Notes: generated from the letters alone by a model not told the origin. A stretch of DNA of 64,000 nucleotides from Lama guanicoe (GCA_013239625.1 MU053379.1:5394714-5458713); one strand, 5' to 3'. Shown: positions 13,127 through 27,714, counted from the stretch's first letter. Numbers and translations are program-made.

Positions 13127-13614
13127 CTTTAAAAGGTAAGAAATATAAGTTATGTATTTACTATAGCAAAAAAGAAAGAGAGAAAGAAATCTGTCTTTGT
13201 GTAGCATTCATGATTCTTAGTCCCTATATGACATCACCTGATGTTGAACGTGTTGTATGATAGAGAAGTCAGAACCTCACTGAAAAAATACTATATAGAA
13301 TATCTAAAATTTGAGATATCAATCAATAAGTTGCTTGAAAAGGAAATGTTAAACTCTCTAGAGATACTTTTTCCCTTCAACTTCAAGATTTTTCCTTTTT
13401 CACATTAAAAAAAAAAAAGCCAGTACAGAATATTTACTTCTTAGGACTTACCCCTAAATGTATCATTTTATAAAGAAAAACAATAAAATAACAGCAACAA
13501 AAACATATAAACAAAAAATACAAATTCTCACAATTTACTCCTTGCCCCATGAAGAAATTACAGCTAGGATACTAATTAAAGAATTCTTCTTTTCAAAAAT
13601 TTTCTTTAACAACT

Positions 13615-14240
13615 GCAAATTCAACATTTATTGAACATTTAGTATGTACTCATCACTGTCCTAGGTATCAAAATATAAAATGAACCTGAAAATGGCCTCA
13701 TCCTTAAGACGTTAACAGAGCAGCTAGAGACAGACACGTGACCAATGCACAGACACACTAGTGTAAATGACAGCACGAGACTGCACCCGACAGCACAGGG
13801 AGAGCCCTGAACTGGCCCTTCCTGAGTCACGGGAAGCCAGGCACACGGAAGTCCGCGTGTGGAAGGACAGCAGAGCAGAGGTGCCAGGTACCACAGCAGG
13901 CAGGAGAACAGCAACAACGGCCCGGAGGCACACGTCCTCTCTGGGGAGCAGCTCACAGCACAGCAGCGACAGCCCAGAGCACACGACTCGGCCCAAGGGA
14001 AACCAGAACTAACCAGGAAGGCCTGGTTCCACATGCAGAAGGAACTGCGATGTATCCAGTCCTGCTCTATCAGAGTATTTGTGGATAAAGCCTGAGAGTC
14101 CGTACTTCTCAAAAGCTCTTCAGTAACTCTCGGGCAGCCAGCTTGGCGCTACCGGTCTTTTAAGTTACTGTTTGGCAACTACTGCCACGGGGAATGAGGA
14201 GCCAGTGAAGGTTTTAAGCTGTAGGCTAATATGATCAGGT
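13615..14240 (-). repeat. Degraded L2 3' end
   Basis: ttcaacatttattgaacatttagtatgt...ctgtcctagg is an antisense L2 tail. Confidence 0.5.
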
Positions 14241-14249
14241 TTTTACCTT

Positions 14250-15400
14250 TTACTCTTTCTGCAAACCAATTCTAAAATTAACCTCGAAAAAAAAATCTGT
14301 AGGAAGAATTTTGTTAAAGAGTAATGAGGGAAGACTAGTCTTACTAGATGGTAAAATAAAATGTAAAGTGATGCTAACTTTAAAAGTTTGGTACCAGTAC
14401 ATGAATAAACAAACTAATGGAAAAAAATTAAAGTAAGTGCAGAGCTTCAGTACATGATAAAAGCGGCATTTCACCCCACCGAAGGGCAAGAGACCCTGGG
14501 GACATCTGATTAGCTACATAATGCCGGGTCCCAAATACCTTAAAAACTAAATTCTAGCTGGGTAGAAGACTTACACATTAACAAAATTCATAAAAGCATT
14601 ATGTAACTGTTACGCTCCCAGCGTGAAAGGGAAAATCCTACAGGATGCAGAAAACCCAGGAGCCCGAAAAGAAAAGACTGCCACGTCCGACCACAAAAAG
14701 CAGCCACTTCTGTTTGGTAAACGTGTGCACACGTGTGTAATACAAAAACAAACCGGAAGATTTCACCAACTAGAACACATACAAAAGGGTTATTTATTCA
14801 TTACATAAAGAGTTATTAATTGACAGGAAACTGAGCAAAGAATTAGAATTAAAAGCATATGGAAAGCTATTTGTTTGTTGTCAAATAAAGATATGCCAAT
14901 TAGATCATCAATAAGAAATCATTTGTCATTTAAAGGATGAGCAAAGATCCAAAAATTTGATAACACAAAATACTGGCTGTCTTTCTAGGAATTTGTTCTA
15001 GAGAATACTCACACATATGCACATGCACATGAAGAGGGGTGGTTCTTATTCATAATAGCAAAGACCAGAATAACCTAAAGGTCCATCGTAGGGGACTATT
15101 TAAAGAAAAGGTCTTTATTCACATAATTAACTACCATGCAATACTTAAGATACAGCTATATGTGCTGACAATATACTTGGAAATTATTTATGTGGAACTT
15201 TTTTAATAAAAAAAGAAAAGAAAGGGTGAAGTAGTGAGTAAAGTACATGCCAATTTTTCTGAAAGTTTATACGACAAACTTTATGGTGGAAAGGCAGCCT
15301 AGGGAGTCATGGGAGAAAGAGAGAGAGACTTCGTTTTATAACATTTTATGCTATTTGACTCTTTTACTATGTACATCTACCACTTTTAAAACATAAAAAC
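14250..15400 (+). mobile_element. Ancient L1ME-like 3' fragments
   Basis: Degenerate ORF2-end/3'UTR motifs (ttctaggaattt..ctagagaa; cataatagcaaaagacc). Confidence 0.55.
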
Positions 15401-15500
15401 AATCAACTCAATCAGAAAAAAGAAAAGAAATAGAAATCTTCTGGTTGTGATGTGGAAAAAGAGATCACATACAGATTTTTGTTAAGACCAAAATATTTAC

Positions 15501-15649
15501 CATAAATTCCTCGATGATTTCAAATTCTGATAATTTTCTCTCAAGCATTTCATAATAATACTTCATGGTTGAATTCTCATGACTACTGAATGTTAATGGT
15601 CTAACCATAGCCAACTGAGCTAGCTCCATTTCGGAAACAATTTCCATAC
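15501..15649 (-). CDS. PTPN20: PTPN20 coding exon (MEIVSEMELAQLAMVRPLTF...EIIEEFM)
   Basis: ctctttcttag| acceptor, ATG|gtaaat donor, 149 nt, phase 1->0. Matches recalled human IVSEGELDQLAQIRPLIF...DIMQEFM. Confidence 0.93.
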
Positions 15650-15680
15650 CTAAGAAAGAGAAAACTTCACATGTCTAAGT

Positions 15681-15702
15681 TATATATATATATATATATA
15701 TA
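15681..15702. repeat. (TA)11 microsatellite beside the PTPN20 exon acceptor
   Basis: Direct reading. Confidence 0.95.
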
Positions 15703-16959
15703 AAGGGAGATTTTATTTTTATTTTTGTCATCTTCTCTTAAGTAAAAACACAGCCACTTAAGAATTAATGGGAGTTTATTTTTCCAGAGGTGCAGAGTCT
15801 ATCACTTTGAAAGGAAGGATCCTCGTTTTGGGAAAATTACGACTATGTACCTTGAAATTACACAAAAACCACTATTTGTGGAGAAAACTGTTAAGTGTTA
15901 TAAATGTAACAGATGTAGTAGACTGAGAAGTGTTCTGCTTTATAATGTGATTAAGTGTATGTACTGACAACTATGCCAAGACAAGCACATGTAAGACCTG
16001 GATGGGAAAAATACGACTTTTGTCCTCGCTGGGACCAAATGTTTGGAAGTCCCTGGAGTCTGAAATGAGAGGACGTGGATACTCTAACACACCTCTAAGT
16101 GTAAAACAGGTCAAGCATGCACATGTGCACGCAAACACACAACACACATGTACACATACACACACCTACCCCAAGGATTAAGAAGCTCTATATGATGCAA
16201 CTAATAACACTAAACTATGTATTTTATATATAAGTAATTATATATTACAATACTGTATATGTTACAAATATGTATATATTGTATTATATATGTAAATGTG
16301 TATTACATAGTTATACATTTATAACCAATAATAACAGAAGAGAATACATTCTATTTAATAGTACATATGGGAATTTCATTTTAAATAATGATCTTTTAGG
16401 TCATGTTGATAGTCTAGATTCTAAATATCTAAAAGTTTACAGAGCATGTACACTGGCCAAAATGCAATACATCTAGAAAGCCAATATTAAAAGAATATTT
16501 TAAAGATAAGGATTTTGAGGTAGAATGCTCAAGTGAAATCTCTTTCCAAAGCCAAATAGTATGAACAAAAATCAAGTAAATATCAGCAAAAAAATACACA
16601 AGAAGCAATTAAGCAAAAGAACATGCATAAAAACAAGACAGAAGTTTCTAAGAATCTTCACTGCCCTGGGAAACTCACCTCATCTTGGAACCCTTCTACA
16701 CTCGAAAGCTCTCTCTAGGGGTGGAAGTTAGGGACTATTGGTTGGGAAAACAGTCAGAGAAATTCTAAAATTGCTCACAGCCTTAGGATGAGAAGAGGTC
16801 CAGGAAGCCCAAAAGAGGAGACAAAATTCTCACAAGAGTAGAAGCCACTTCAAACGTCTTTGATCCCCAGCAGAAACACCCATACAGCTTGCCATCGTGT
16901 TCTAGCCTCACTGGAAAAAAGCCCAGAGAAGGCAGACAGGAAAGAAGAGAAAAGGCAGA

Positions 16960-17420
16960 ATGGCTACAGTGGACACTGCAGCTGACCCCTGAAGCTGATT
17001 CGACCCTGATGGTTCGTTAAAGCCGTTTCTAACCATTCCACAATAATTCCCTTACCAATGGATAGTTTAGTAACTGGGAGGTGATTTGGGTCAACTGGAA
17101 GCAAAGAGGTTATTCAAGGCTTGTAGGCAAGAGAAGCAGGCCTCTCTCCGACCTCTATCCCTTGTCCATACGTAAGCACAGGAGCAACAGGTCCCAATGA
17201 CCACAAGCAGCCCTGCTGTGACCATAGAAGGAGTGAGCTGAGTGTAGCAAATATGAAAAAAACAAAGGAAGAGCCTATGTCATTGATGACATCACCGAGC
17301 AACTTATCACACTGAACCTGGAATCCTTCCTAAATCTGGACCTCCATTACTATAGAAGATAGGTTTCTTATTGTTAACATCATTTTCCATTTGGTTTCTT
17401 TTGTTTGCAGCCTGGTCCAG
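16960..17420. mobile_element. Ancient ERVL-class LTR relic (LTR16/33/41-like)
   Basis: tgatgacatcaccgagc...ttgcagcc ending typical of these LTRs (recalled). Confidence 0.4.
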
Positions 17421-20127
17421 GAATTTCAATCAAGGTGTTACAGGTCAGACTTTGGTTACAGATACTGGCAATTACTGTGTAATGGGATTTTCACAGAAAG
17501 CCAGTTTACAGAAAGGGGTTTTATCTACCTGTTTGGTGAAGAAAAGGTGCGTTCCCCCGTGATGATCCAAAACTAACACAGCAGAATGGCCTGCGAGAAG
17601 ACTGCACGCTTTGCCACAGTGAAGAATCTGTGGGAGCTGGGCACCACTGCTCTAACCGCTGGCGGCTGAGAGGCACTACCTCAGCGACCATGGAGGAACT
17701 AGAAGTCACCACCACAGCCGCTGGTCCTATAATGTACCATCTTAGCTATACTGCAGCACCAGTAATGCCATGCCTGCTATGGTATGTACCAGCAACATGG
17801 ACGCTTCTCTACACATTTAAGACTTGGCTAAGCACATATGACTGGTCAAATTCACAATAGCTACCAGGATGTCTGGGAAATGTAATTTTTAGTTTTCTTC
17901 TGCCTGGATCACGCAGGAAGGTACACTAAGAGGGGAGTGTGATCCATGTTGAGTAGACTGATCTATAATTTTTGCCACATAACGATTCATCCACACCTTT
18001 TGAGTTTTCTGCTCCTTTCCTCCTAACCTTCAGCACACTTGCCATTGTCCTCAAACAAAATCTAGCCCTCAAAGCATAGCTTATAGTGGGAGATGACTAG
18101 GCTCAAATCAAACGGAGTAAGAGACAGAAGAATTCATTCATGCTCAATCAACAAAATCAAAGAGATGCAGATTTATACATGCTAGTGAATGAGATGGAAA
18201 TATGAGTCATACAGTATGTCATGTGAAAAAAATTGTTTTAATCCATTCTGAATGAAACATAACCTAACCTGTAAATCCACCATTTGAAGGCAGAAGTAAT
18301 AAGAATGTGAATTATTTTAAATAAGAGATCAAAATGAGATAAAACAACAGAATGAGGTGGGAAATAAATTTATTGGCCTAAGAAAATAAATTAAAGGCCA
18401 AAAGTACATGATTATAAAACTCATATTTAAATAAAACACTGTGGAAAACAAAGTGGATAGTTGAAAATGAACTTATTCATATGAAAAAATGTGTATATAA
18501 ATTAATGAAGAGGAGAGACAAAAAACAAAAGATAACGGATAAAAGGCCCTCATCAGAAGCTCAGGACAAATACTGGAGACAAGGTGAGGAACTCAAGAAA
18601 CCCTCCCTTACGATGCAAGCTTGGAGAGAGGGGAGCAGCTTTTGCAGGAAAGGCATGAAGCTTCACGCAATCTTCCCCAAGGATCAAAAAAATAAGAAGT
18701 TGGGGAAAGGGCAGGAAACCATACTAGCCTCAAAGCACAGGTTAAGGCCCACTGACATCGGAGAGATAGAGGGGAGGAAAGCATCGGGGGCTGAGACCAT
18801 AGTACGTCCCCTTCCTGACAGTAACTGAGCAGGTGCTGTCCCTGAGACCCGAGGACGCTGCACCTGCCTAAGACTGAGGCTGAACGAGGACCACAGAGAG
18901 TGCTGCTCCCCCACGACGAGGTCAGCAAGCGACAGAATTTCAATCAGGAGCACTCTGTCCCTGGGGGATGTACGGAATCATGGATAGAAACCTCTCCGAA
19001 CTGCAGGCCTCTCAGGAGACCCGAAGCAGAGAAGAGAGCATACAGTGAAGCAAACCCTCTGGCATGCCGTTCTCTGTCCTAAGCACAAGGTAACCACATG
19101 TGAATCTGGGCTGGTGGTGCACTGAGCGTAATCACAGGAACAGCAAACCCAAACTGATCCATTCCTGACTACACTGGCTCAACTCCTTACACTGAGGGCT
19201 TACTAAAGAAAGAGGCATGTCCTTTCTATTTACCTCAGTCTCTAGGACATGAGATATCCAGGTTTCAACAACAAAAAAATTGTATGGCACATAAAGAAGC
19301 AAGAAAAAGAAAAAATAAACAAAACTGCCAGGAGACAAAGCAGTCAACAGAACCAGACAGATATAAGATAAAAATGTTAAAACTTTTATCAGACAACAAA
19401 TTTAAACTAAGCTTAATGCTGACCTTTAGTGGAAAAAGTAGACAACATGCATGAACAAATGAGGCATTTCATCAGAGATATGGAAACCATAGAACTGAGC
19501 AGAAATGCTACAGATAAACAAATATTACAATAGAACAGATAATGCCATCAATAGGCTTGATATAGGCAAGTGGGGAAAAAAATTCAGTGAACTTCAAAAT
19601 AGGCCAATAGGCATTACCTGAACTGAAAGAGAAAAGAGTGGCTGGGGAAGGGCACAGAAGAGTTCATCCAAGAACTGAAGGCCAGCATCAAGCAAACTAA
19701 TATTCTTGTACCTGGAATTCCAAACAGGAGAGAGAGAGGGAGAGAAAGCTGAGAGAGAGAAAGAGAGACAGAGAGTTGGGAAAGGGCGAATTGGGCAGAA
19801 AAAGTATTTGAAATGATAATAGTTGGGAATTTTCCAAAATGAATGAGAGACACCAAGTCTCAGATCCAAAAGCTCACCATTAACCATACAAATCAGAAGA
19901 CAACCCAGAATCCTGTAACTAATAAAAAATGTCTTTCAGAAAAAATGAAGGAGAAATAAACATTTTTACAGACAAACAAATACTGAGAGATTTCATTAGC
20001 AGCAAACTTAACACTACAAGAAATGCTCAAGGAGCTCTTCAAGCAGAAAAAATCTACTACAGAATAAAAAACTGGATCTATGCAAAGAAACGAAGAGTTC
20101 TAAAAATTCCATCAATGTAGTGGATAA

Positions 20128-20853
20128 ACTACACTGCTGGTGGGAATACAGTTTAGTGTAGCCACTGTGGAAAACAGTATGGAGATTCCTCAAAAGACTA
20201 GGAATAGACTTACCATATGACCCAGGAATCCCGCTCCTGGGCATAAATCCAGAAGGAACACTACTTCAGGATGACACCTGCACCCCAATGTTCATAGCAG
20301 CACTATTACAACAGCCAAGACATGGAAACAGCCTAAATGTCCATCAACAGATGACTGGATAAAGAAGATGTGGTATATTTATACAATGGAATACTATTCA
20401 GCCATAAAAACGACAACATAATGCCATTTACAGCAACATGGATGTGCCTGGAGAATGTCATTCTAAGTGAAGTAAGCCAGAAAGAGAAAGAAAAATACCA
20501 TATGAGATCGCTCATATGTGGAATCTAAAAAAAACAAAACCAAAAAAACCAAACAAACAAAGCATAAATACAAAACAGAAACAGACTCATAGACATAGAA
20601 TACAAACTTGTGCTTGCCAGGGGGGTGGGGGGTGGGAAGGGATAGATGGGATTTCAAAACTGTAGAATAGATAAACAAGATTATACTGTATAGCACAGGG
20701 AAATATACACAAGATCTTATGGTAGCTCACAGCGGAAAAAAAAAGTGACAATGAATATATATGTGTTCATGTATAACTGAAAAACTGTGCTCTACACTGG
20801 CATTTGACACAACATTGTAAAATGACTGTAAATCAATAAAAAATTTAAAAAAA
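20128..20853 (+). mobile_element. 5'-truncated young L1 3' end
   Basis: Same family as 1642-2264 and 52-60 kb; ends aatcaataaaaaatttaaaaaaa. Confidence 0.92.
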
Positions 20854-21246
20854 ATTTATTTTCTTAATTTTCACTTTTCTAGAGGATAGCTAGCCATCTA
20901 AAACAGAAATAGTAAATATGTATTTTGTGATTGTTGTTATGTAAAATTAAAATGTTTGACAACAATTGCACAAAAGATGGATGGGAGAAATTAAGATGAC
21001 ATTATTTTAAGGTCCTTGCACCACACATGATCTGACATAGTGTTATGTGAAGACAGAAAAGAAAAGACTGTGAGACACTGAAGATGTATGTTGTAAATCC
21101 TAGGGTTTCCAAGAAAACATTTTGAAAATGATATAAATAATAAGCAAACTGGGAAGATAAAAAGGAATCAAAATAACCCAAGAGAAGGAAGGAAAATACG
21201 AAAAAGATAAAGAGCAGAAAGAATAAACAGAAAATAATTAGCAAGA

Positions 21247-21406
21247 AGAGGGGCAGCGTATAGCTCAGTGGCAAAGTGCACGCTTAGCATGCATGAGGTC
21301 CTTGGGTTCAATCCCCACTGCCTCCACTAAAAATACATACATATATGCATACATACATAGATCTAACTACCTCCCCACCCCCAAAACAAAACAAAACAAA
21401 CAAGAA
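21247..21406 (+). mobile_element. tRNA-derived SINE (camelid Vic-1 type)
   Basis: A box tagctcagtgg, B box gggttcaatccc, A-rich tail, 18-bp TSD agaaaa(t/c)aattagcaaga at 21229-21246 and 21407-21424. Confidence 0.9.
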
Positions 21407-24400
21407 AGAAAACAATTAGCAAGACAGTAGAGCAGAGTTAAGTCTAAGATGGTAGATATAAATAAAGGCAGCCTAAATACACCAATTAAAGGACAGACTG
21501 GAGATTTGGTGAAAAAGCAAGGCCCAGCCATACAACGCCCATAAGAAAGCAACTTAAACACTACAACACAGGCACGGTGAAGTAAAAGGATGGGAGATGT
21601 TCACCATGAAACACTAATCAAAAGACAGTGAAGCGGTTTTCTAATATCAGAGGATACATCAGTACCAGAACAGACGCCAGGCCAAGAACATCACCAGTAA
21701 AAGGTGAAAAGGTCATTACTGGGGAGAGGGAGGGTAAATAAGTGGAGGTGAGAGGATTTTCAAGGCTGTGAAACTACTGTTTGATACTGTAATGGTGGAT
21801 ACGCGTCATTATACATTTTGTCCAGACCCACAGAATGTGCACCACCAACAGTAAACCCTCAGGTAAACCGTGGGCTCCAGGTGATGGCGCGTCACACAGT
21901 TCCATCAGGGTTCACAGATTTCCCCGTCCAGAGGAGGGTCTTAGTAACATGTATGGGGGCAGGGAGTATGTGAGAAACCTCTGTACCTTCTGCTCAATTT
22001 TGCTGTCAAACTAAAACTTCCAAAAAAATCTATTTAAAAAAAAGGATCATCACTAATGACCAAGGGGTCAAGTCACAGGAAAGACATAACAATGCTGAAT
22101 GTATCTGCACCCAGCAGAATCTCAGACTACATTAAGTAAAAACTAACAGTAGTGAAAGGAGAAACAGGAGAATTCACAATTATAACTGAAGACCTCAACA
22201 CTCAGAACTCAGCAATCAATGGAACAAGCACAAGTGAAAACTGGTAGGGACATAAAAGGAATGAAAAGAACTTCACCTAACTGGCCTTTACAACAGTCCT
22301 TCCAGAACACTCTCTCCCACAGCAGACCTGCCAAAAACAGAAGGCCGAGTCCGAACAGCACAGACAGGAGAGGCAGGATCACTGACAAAGCCCCACCGCC
22401 TAGATCCAGGGACAGGGGGCCTGCCAAGCTGACCCTGGACTACAGTGACAAGCAGCAGTCTAGGGCTGGAGGGAGGGCCAGGGTAGGGAGGTGACTCCTT
22501 CTGAGGCACAGGCACACAGGGAGGGTCTAAAGCTAAGGATGGAACACAAATGGGAAGAGGACCTCTGGAACATTCCAGTTACCACCCCAAGTACAAGTAA
22601 ATCTTGAGGAATTTTAAGTCAGTAGTTAGCCAGAGTTCCAAAATCCAGCTCATGTCCTAAACACGCTGAATCAGTGACCTAATGACCTAGCAAAGGAACA
22701 GGCATGGCTATTCAGGCATAAATTCTATTTACCTCAGTCTCTACTCTTCTGCACCTAACACCAACACTCTCAAAATTTCTGAGACGCACAAAGCAGAAGC
22801 AGCAACAGCAACAAAAATCAGCCAAAAAACAAAGCAATCAACAGAAAAAAAAAATCAGAAATGAGAATTACCAGAGAGGGAATTTGAAATAACCCATAGT
22901 TAATATGTTTAAACTTTGTGGGAAAGGTGGACAAAATGCATGAACAGATACAGAATCTGAATGGAGATGAAAACTATAAGATAAAGTCAAATGGAAGTGT
23001 TCACAATAAAAAGGCTGCAAATGCACTAAAGAAAGCTTTCAGGAAGCTCATTAGTAAAGTCAACACAGGGGAGGAAAGAGTGAATAAGCTTGAAGATGGG
23101 TTGATAAAAGTTACCTAAACTGAAACACAAAGAGAAAAAAGGTAAAAAGCGTATTGGTACAGCCTCTTTGGAAAAGACAACAGTTTGTCATTTACATACT
23201 TACGACTCAGAAGTCCCACCCCTAGATTAAAGAAATGGAAACTCAGGTTTACACAAAGCCAGTGTGTGAATGCTCGTAGTGCTTTTATCCATAATTACCA
23301 CATCTGGGAACAACCCAGATGTCCTTCAACTGGTTAATGGATAAACACATTGATGTAGCCAGACAATGGAATACTATTCAGCAAAAATTAAAAGGTAAAT
23401 AAATAAATACTGGTAAATGCAATGGTGTGGATGAATATCAATAACTTTACACTGAAAGAACTTGGACTCGAAATGCAATATATTTATGATTCCATCTATA
23501 TGAGTGACACTCTGGAAAATACAACAGTAAAGAGAATGAAAACAGATTACTGGTTGCCAGGTGTTGGTGGTGGGGTTAGGGGCTGACTACAGAAGAGCAC
23601 AAGAGAAATGTGAGGGGTGAGGGAAACGTACTACATCCTGATCGTGGTGGTAGACCTTTGTCTAACTTTATAGAACTGTATGCTAACAGGGTAAATTTTA
23701 CCATATAGAATTTAAAAAGTATTTTCTTGTAAACTATTTTTGTGTGGGACTGGTACTTTAATAATTATACAGTGTAATATTGCCTTAATTAGGTTTGACG
23801 TTCCTCAAATTAAAAAGTCATTAGAGAAGATGATTCTGCCACTTGATGAGAGGCTGACAGGTGATCTCTAAAATCTTCTCTAAAGGTTTCTGAGATACGT
23901 ATGTGATTCTTCAACATTATACACTATAATTGTTATTTTTTCCCCATGGTTATATTTATGCTATATACAACTATAAATATATATTCATAGAAAAAATTTG
24001 GAATACTCTTCAGTATTATGATTTATTCTGTCATACATAACTCTGTGTTCTTTTTCCCACAACATGTGATAATGTATCATCCAAAAAAAGTTATTATTTT
24101 ATTCACAAAGTATATACCGTACAACAAATTAAAATTAAGAAAATGAGGGAGCAGGTCATATTCAAGTCTAAACACATTGCTAATCCCTAGTTTCAGAAAT
24201 ACAAATAGCTCACTAAGTTGGTATATTTGCTATGTTAAAATATTTAAAGATCGAGTAGAAATGTGCCCTTTATGAATGTGAGGTGTGGAGCATTTTCTTC
24301 TTTTTAAAGGAAAACCCTAGAGAACCACATTTTCCCCATTTGAAAAAGTTTTTCCTAGCTCTTTCCTGCACTTGTATTAGAAATTTCTTTGTGCAAACCT

Positions 24401-24452
24401 CTGAAATACAGCTTCTTCAAGAATTTGCTAGGAAAAGGGGATGAGGTCATAC

Positions 24453-24562
24453 CCTGAGACGCAGGGGAGCCAGCCTGGGAAGGCCCTGCAAGCTCCTCCT
24501 CACCGCTGGACCTGTCTTTTAGGAAGGAGCCACTGGTCGTCCACAAGCTGGGGTCCCTGTCA
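24453..24562 (-). CDS. PTPN20: PTPN20 coding exon (DRDPSLWTTSGSFLKDRSSGEEELAGPSQAGSPASQ-G)
   Basis: ttctgttctag| acceptor, CAGG|gtatga donor, 110 nt, phase 2->1. Matches recalled human DPSMWT...EEAAGPSQA. Confidence 0.92.
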
Positions 24563-24649
24563 CTAGAACAGAAATTTGTATTTATATTTAAATTTGTATT
24601 TCAGAGAACGTATATATTTAAGAAAGAATCTCTGATAATCTATATTAGT

Positions 24650-26380
24650 TATTCAACTGACATTCACCTCTATGTCAGTCCAGCCACCCACTCCCACTGT
24701 CAGCCCCTGGAACTGGCCCACCTTCAGAGAGAATTCTGGAGTCTCAGCCTCTGGTCACAAACTCCATCCATCTCCTCTCACTTTCACTTGGCTTGCCAAC
24801 TAGCTGCCTTGGATCAGTCCACCTACCCACCTTCTTTCCTCCTTTACCCAGGCCGTGGTGGAAGAAGAGCACTGGGGTCATTGGGGTTTCCAGTGTCAGC
24901 AGAGAGCTGGAGAAACACGGATGTCTCTATTCTGTCTCCTCTTTTGTTCGTAATTTTTCAAACTACCACTGTCATGTAGTCTCCATCCTAATTCTCTGCT
25001 TTAAGAAAAATGTAGTCCCTTCTATAAACTGTAAGCCAGAAAGCAAGAACTCTTTCAATTTACTCTCTTTCAAAATGTAACTTGGAAGGATCGGCATTCT
25101 TCATTACTCCTTACTTTCTCCATGTTCAGAGTTAATCCTTCTGTGTTCTCAGCTCTTATGCCTTCTGTCTCCTCTGAGACATTTTTTCTAAAATTACTTT
25201 TCCTTATATTTATGCATATATACAAAGTTAATCTCTATCTACAACTTTTTCCATATTATAAGAATACTTGATTCTCTCTCACCTTAAAAACAAATCCTTT
25301 AATCCTTCTATCCCCATCTAACTACTGCTCTATATGCTGTAACAGATTTCTCAAATACTAGCCCACACTCACTTTGTTTCCTTTCCAACTTCTCACTACT
25401 CAGTTTTGCTCACTTATGCTGCCTCCTTGGCTGTTCCTGCATTTTCATTTGCAATCCCACTTAGCAAGAGCCTCCTAATTTGATTTCTGAGTCTAATCTC
25501 CAATGTCTAGAGAAAATTCTCCCTAAAACCCAGATTTAATTGTTACACCTGCCCACCAACCGCAGGGTAAACCCAGGCTCCTTACTGGGCTCCTAAATAT
25601 TTATGCACTTTATGCCTCAACCTTAGCAAAGTAATGGTCTTTTGCTTTTGCTTCTGTGGGTAATTTAAGGTTTCTTACTCCTTCCTCCTCGTTTTTTCTT
25701 GGATTACTGGCAACATCTACCTGTTCTCCATTTCCTGCCAGCTCTCTTCCACCTTGCTACCAGCATTCCTCCTTCTAGGCAGATAGAGGATAGACACATG
25801 ACTGACAGGTGGGCAGATGCATGAATAGAACAGAAGACTTGTCTGTGCTTCATTTTCATTCTAACAGACTGAATAAGACATGTACTCCTTGGTTTCACAC
25901 ACACTGAGCTCCTTCACACTCTGGCCCACGCTGTACTTTCTGTTCTATGGCTCATCTTCCCCAGCTTCCCTGCACTTCAATTCACGCACGCCCTACAACT
26001 CTTGACACTTAACATCTCTTACCATGAATTAGGTATCTTCACAGCTCCTTACCTTTGCTCAGACCTCTTCCCCCAGCTTGAAATTTTCTTCTGTCCCTTT
26101 TCACCTGCTGAACTTCTATTTATTTGAGATGCTAAATCCAACCAAAATATCCTTTCTTCAAAGAAGCTGGTGGGGAACTCCCCACTTGCATAGTTCTCGG
26201 TCTCCTGTACCCACTGCCCTTGGACCTTGACTCTATAATAATATCTACTCCACTGCATTTAAATTGGTCTTTTACATGTCTGTTTCCCCAGCTAAACTGT
26301 AAACTAAAGGACAAGAAGTATGTATATTTTGTATTTATATGCAGTGCTTAGTATATAATTAGCATTTACTAATTAGTATA
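24650..26380 (+). repeat. Long degraded L2
   Basis: Pyrimidine-rich L2 body and 3' end (tgtctgtttccccagctaaactgtaaact...). Confidence 0.6.
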
Positions 26381-27089
26381 CACTAGTAGCACATAATGTT
26401 ATCTCAAATGCCTTTTGAATTAGTTTATTTGTTCATTTAACTTCTGAAAGTTTACACAAGATGCATACCATACACATAACTACACAGTGCTATTTCAGTG
26501 ACTGTAGCCAATACTTTAAAGTCTCTAAGAAAATATGGCTCAATAAAATGTTTTCTTACTTGCCATATTTTTGGATTTGAACACTTTATAAGCATGAAAA
26601 GTTGCTGTTCCTTTTGTTTTTCTAATGGAAATTTACGTTTCTCCTGGTTCTTTACATTTTTTTTTTCAAATACAGTGCCAAGAATTCACCATGCTAATAG
26701 TCCTGTTTCTAGCACATTATTTTCTTTCTAGAAACAGACATAATTTCTCATAAAATTTAGTTGTGCTTTGAGCTTTACTTTACTTTAAGTACACTGCTCC
26801 CTCCAAGAGCTCCAAACACTTCATTCACAAAGGCTTTGGAACTAGGTAATTGTTGAGATGATAGAGAAATTGAATTCTTTAGGAATATTTTTCTCTTGAA
26901 TTAATATCATACTTATTAGATCATAAATACATCCTATTTATAGACAAATCAGGCTGTACTCACTACAAAGAACTATATTTTTAAAACTTATCAAACATTT
27001 GAGGGCCATTATTCACTGTCTCCACTCAAGAGGGCTAGCTGTGAATATGAATAAACAAAAAACTCACTAAGTAAGCATATTAGTCATAC

Positions 27090-27190
27090 CTTCCTGTATC
27101 CTCTTTAAAATGATCCTCAAAATCATCATTTTTTGGGAACTCCTGAGGAAAGACTTTGGCCTTCTCTGAGTTAACTTCACTTTCCAAAAC
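27090..27190 (-). CDS. PTPN20: PTPN20 coding exon (VLESEVNSEKAKVFPQEFPKNDDFEDHFKEDTG-S)
   Basis: cctgtag| acceptor, AAG|gtatga donor, 101 nt, phase 0->2. Similar to recalled human VFENKVNSEKVKL...NDYEDVFEE. Confidence 0.9.
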
Positions 27191-27714
27191 CTACAGGCGT
27201 AAGAAAGGAAAAAATTACGGCCACGATTTTAGAAATATATAGTTTAAAAGAAAATGTTTCCTACAGCTTCTTAAGAAGAAGAATAAGGCCTTCAGTTATA
27301 GAATTGAAACCACAATCACACTCATGGAAAACCACTTGAAACGCACATCTCCCTATTAAATATTTTCCAGTCTGTCAAAGGCGTTGAGTACTATGCCCAT
27401 ATAAATGATTTCTATTGAATCATCCAAGTTATTTTCTAGAAGTTCATAAAAATAAGCCTCATTTTTCTTAAAAACAAAACCAAAAACTGCAGCCCAGAGG
27501 AAATTCTTATAACAAGTGCTATCACATTTAGTTTACTGTTCATATAAAATTCTTAGTACAGTAACTCTATGTCTGTGCCATGAGAGTTTGTACTGCCCAA
27601 TGGACTTTATTAATTAATCCATTTTGTTGCCTTTGCAGCCTCCTATATAGCACCTGGTCTGCTGGTAAACAGAATATAATTAAAGGAAAAATAACATTAA
27701 AATAAAGATGGAAT

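Larger units (their letters stand above)
18100..23720 (+). mobile_element. Nested cluster of old L1M/L1MC/L1MD fragments
   Basis: ORF1 C-terminus at 19929 (SFRKNEGEINIFTDKQILRDFI), ORF2 endonuclease relics at ~21450-22250, 3' ends at ~21720-22040 and ~23150-23720. Confidence 0.75.

Noticed and set aside
13639..14112. 157-aa Cys-rich ORF
   Set aside because: It overlaps degraded L2, has a non-ATG start, and shows no motif or splice support.
14721..14734. 14-bp palindrome acgtgtgcacacgt
   Set aside because: Low-complexity GT/AC palindrome inside an old L1.
21250..21325. tRNA-Ala-like gene
   Set aside because: It has a SINE tail and an 18-bp TSD, so it is a tRNA-derived SINE.
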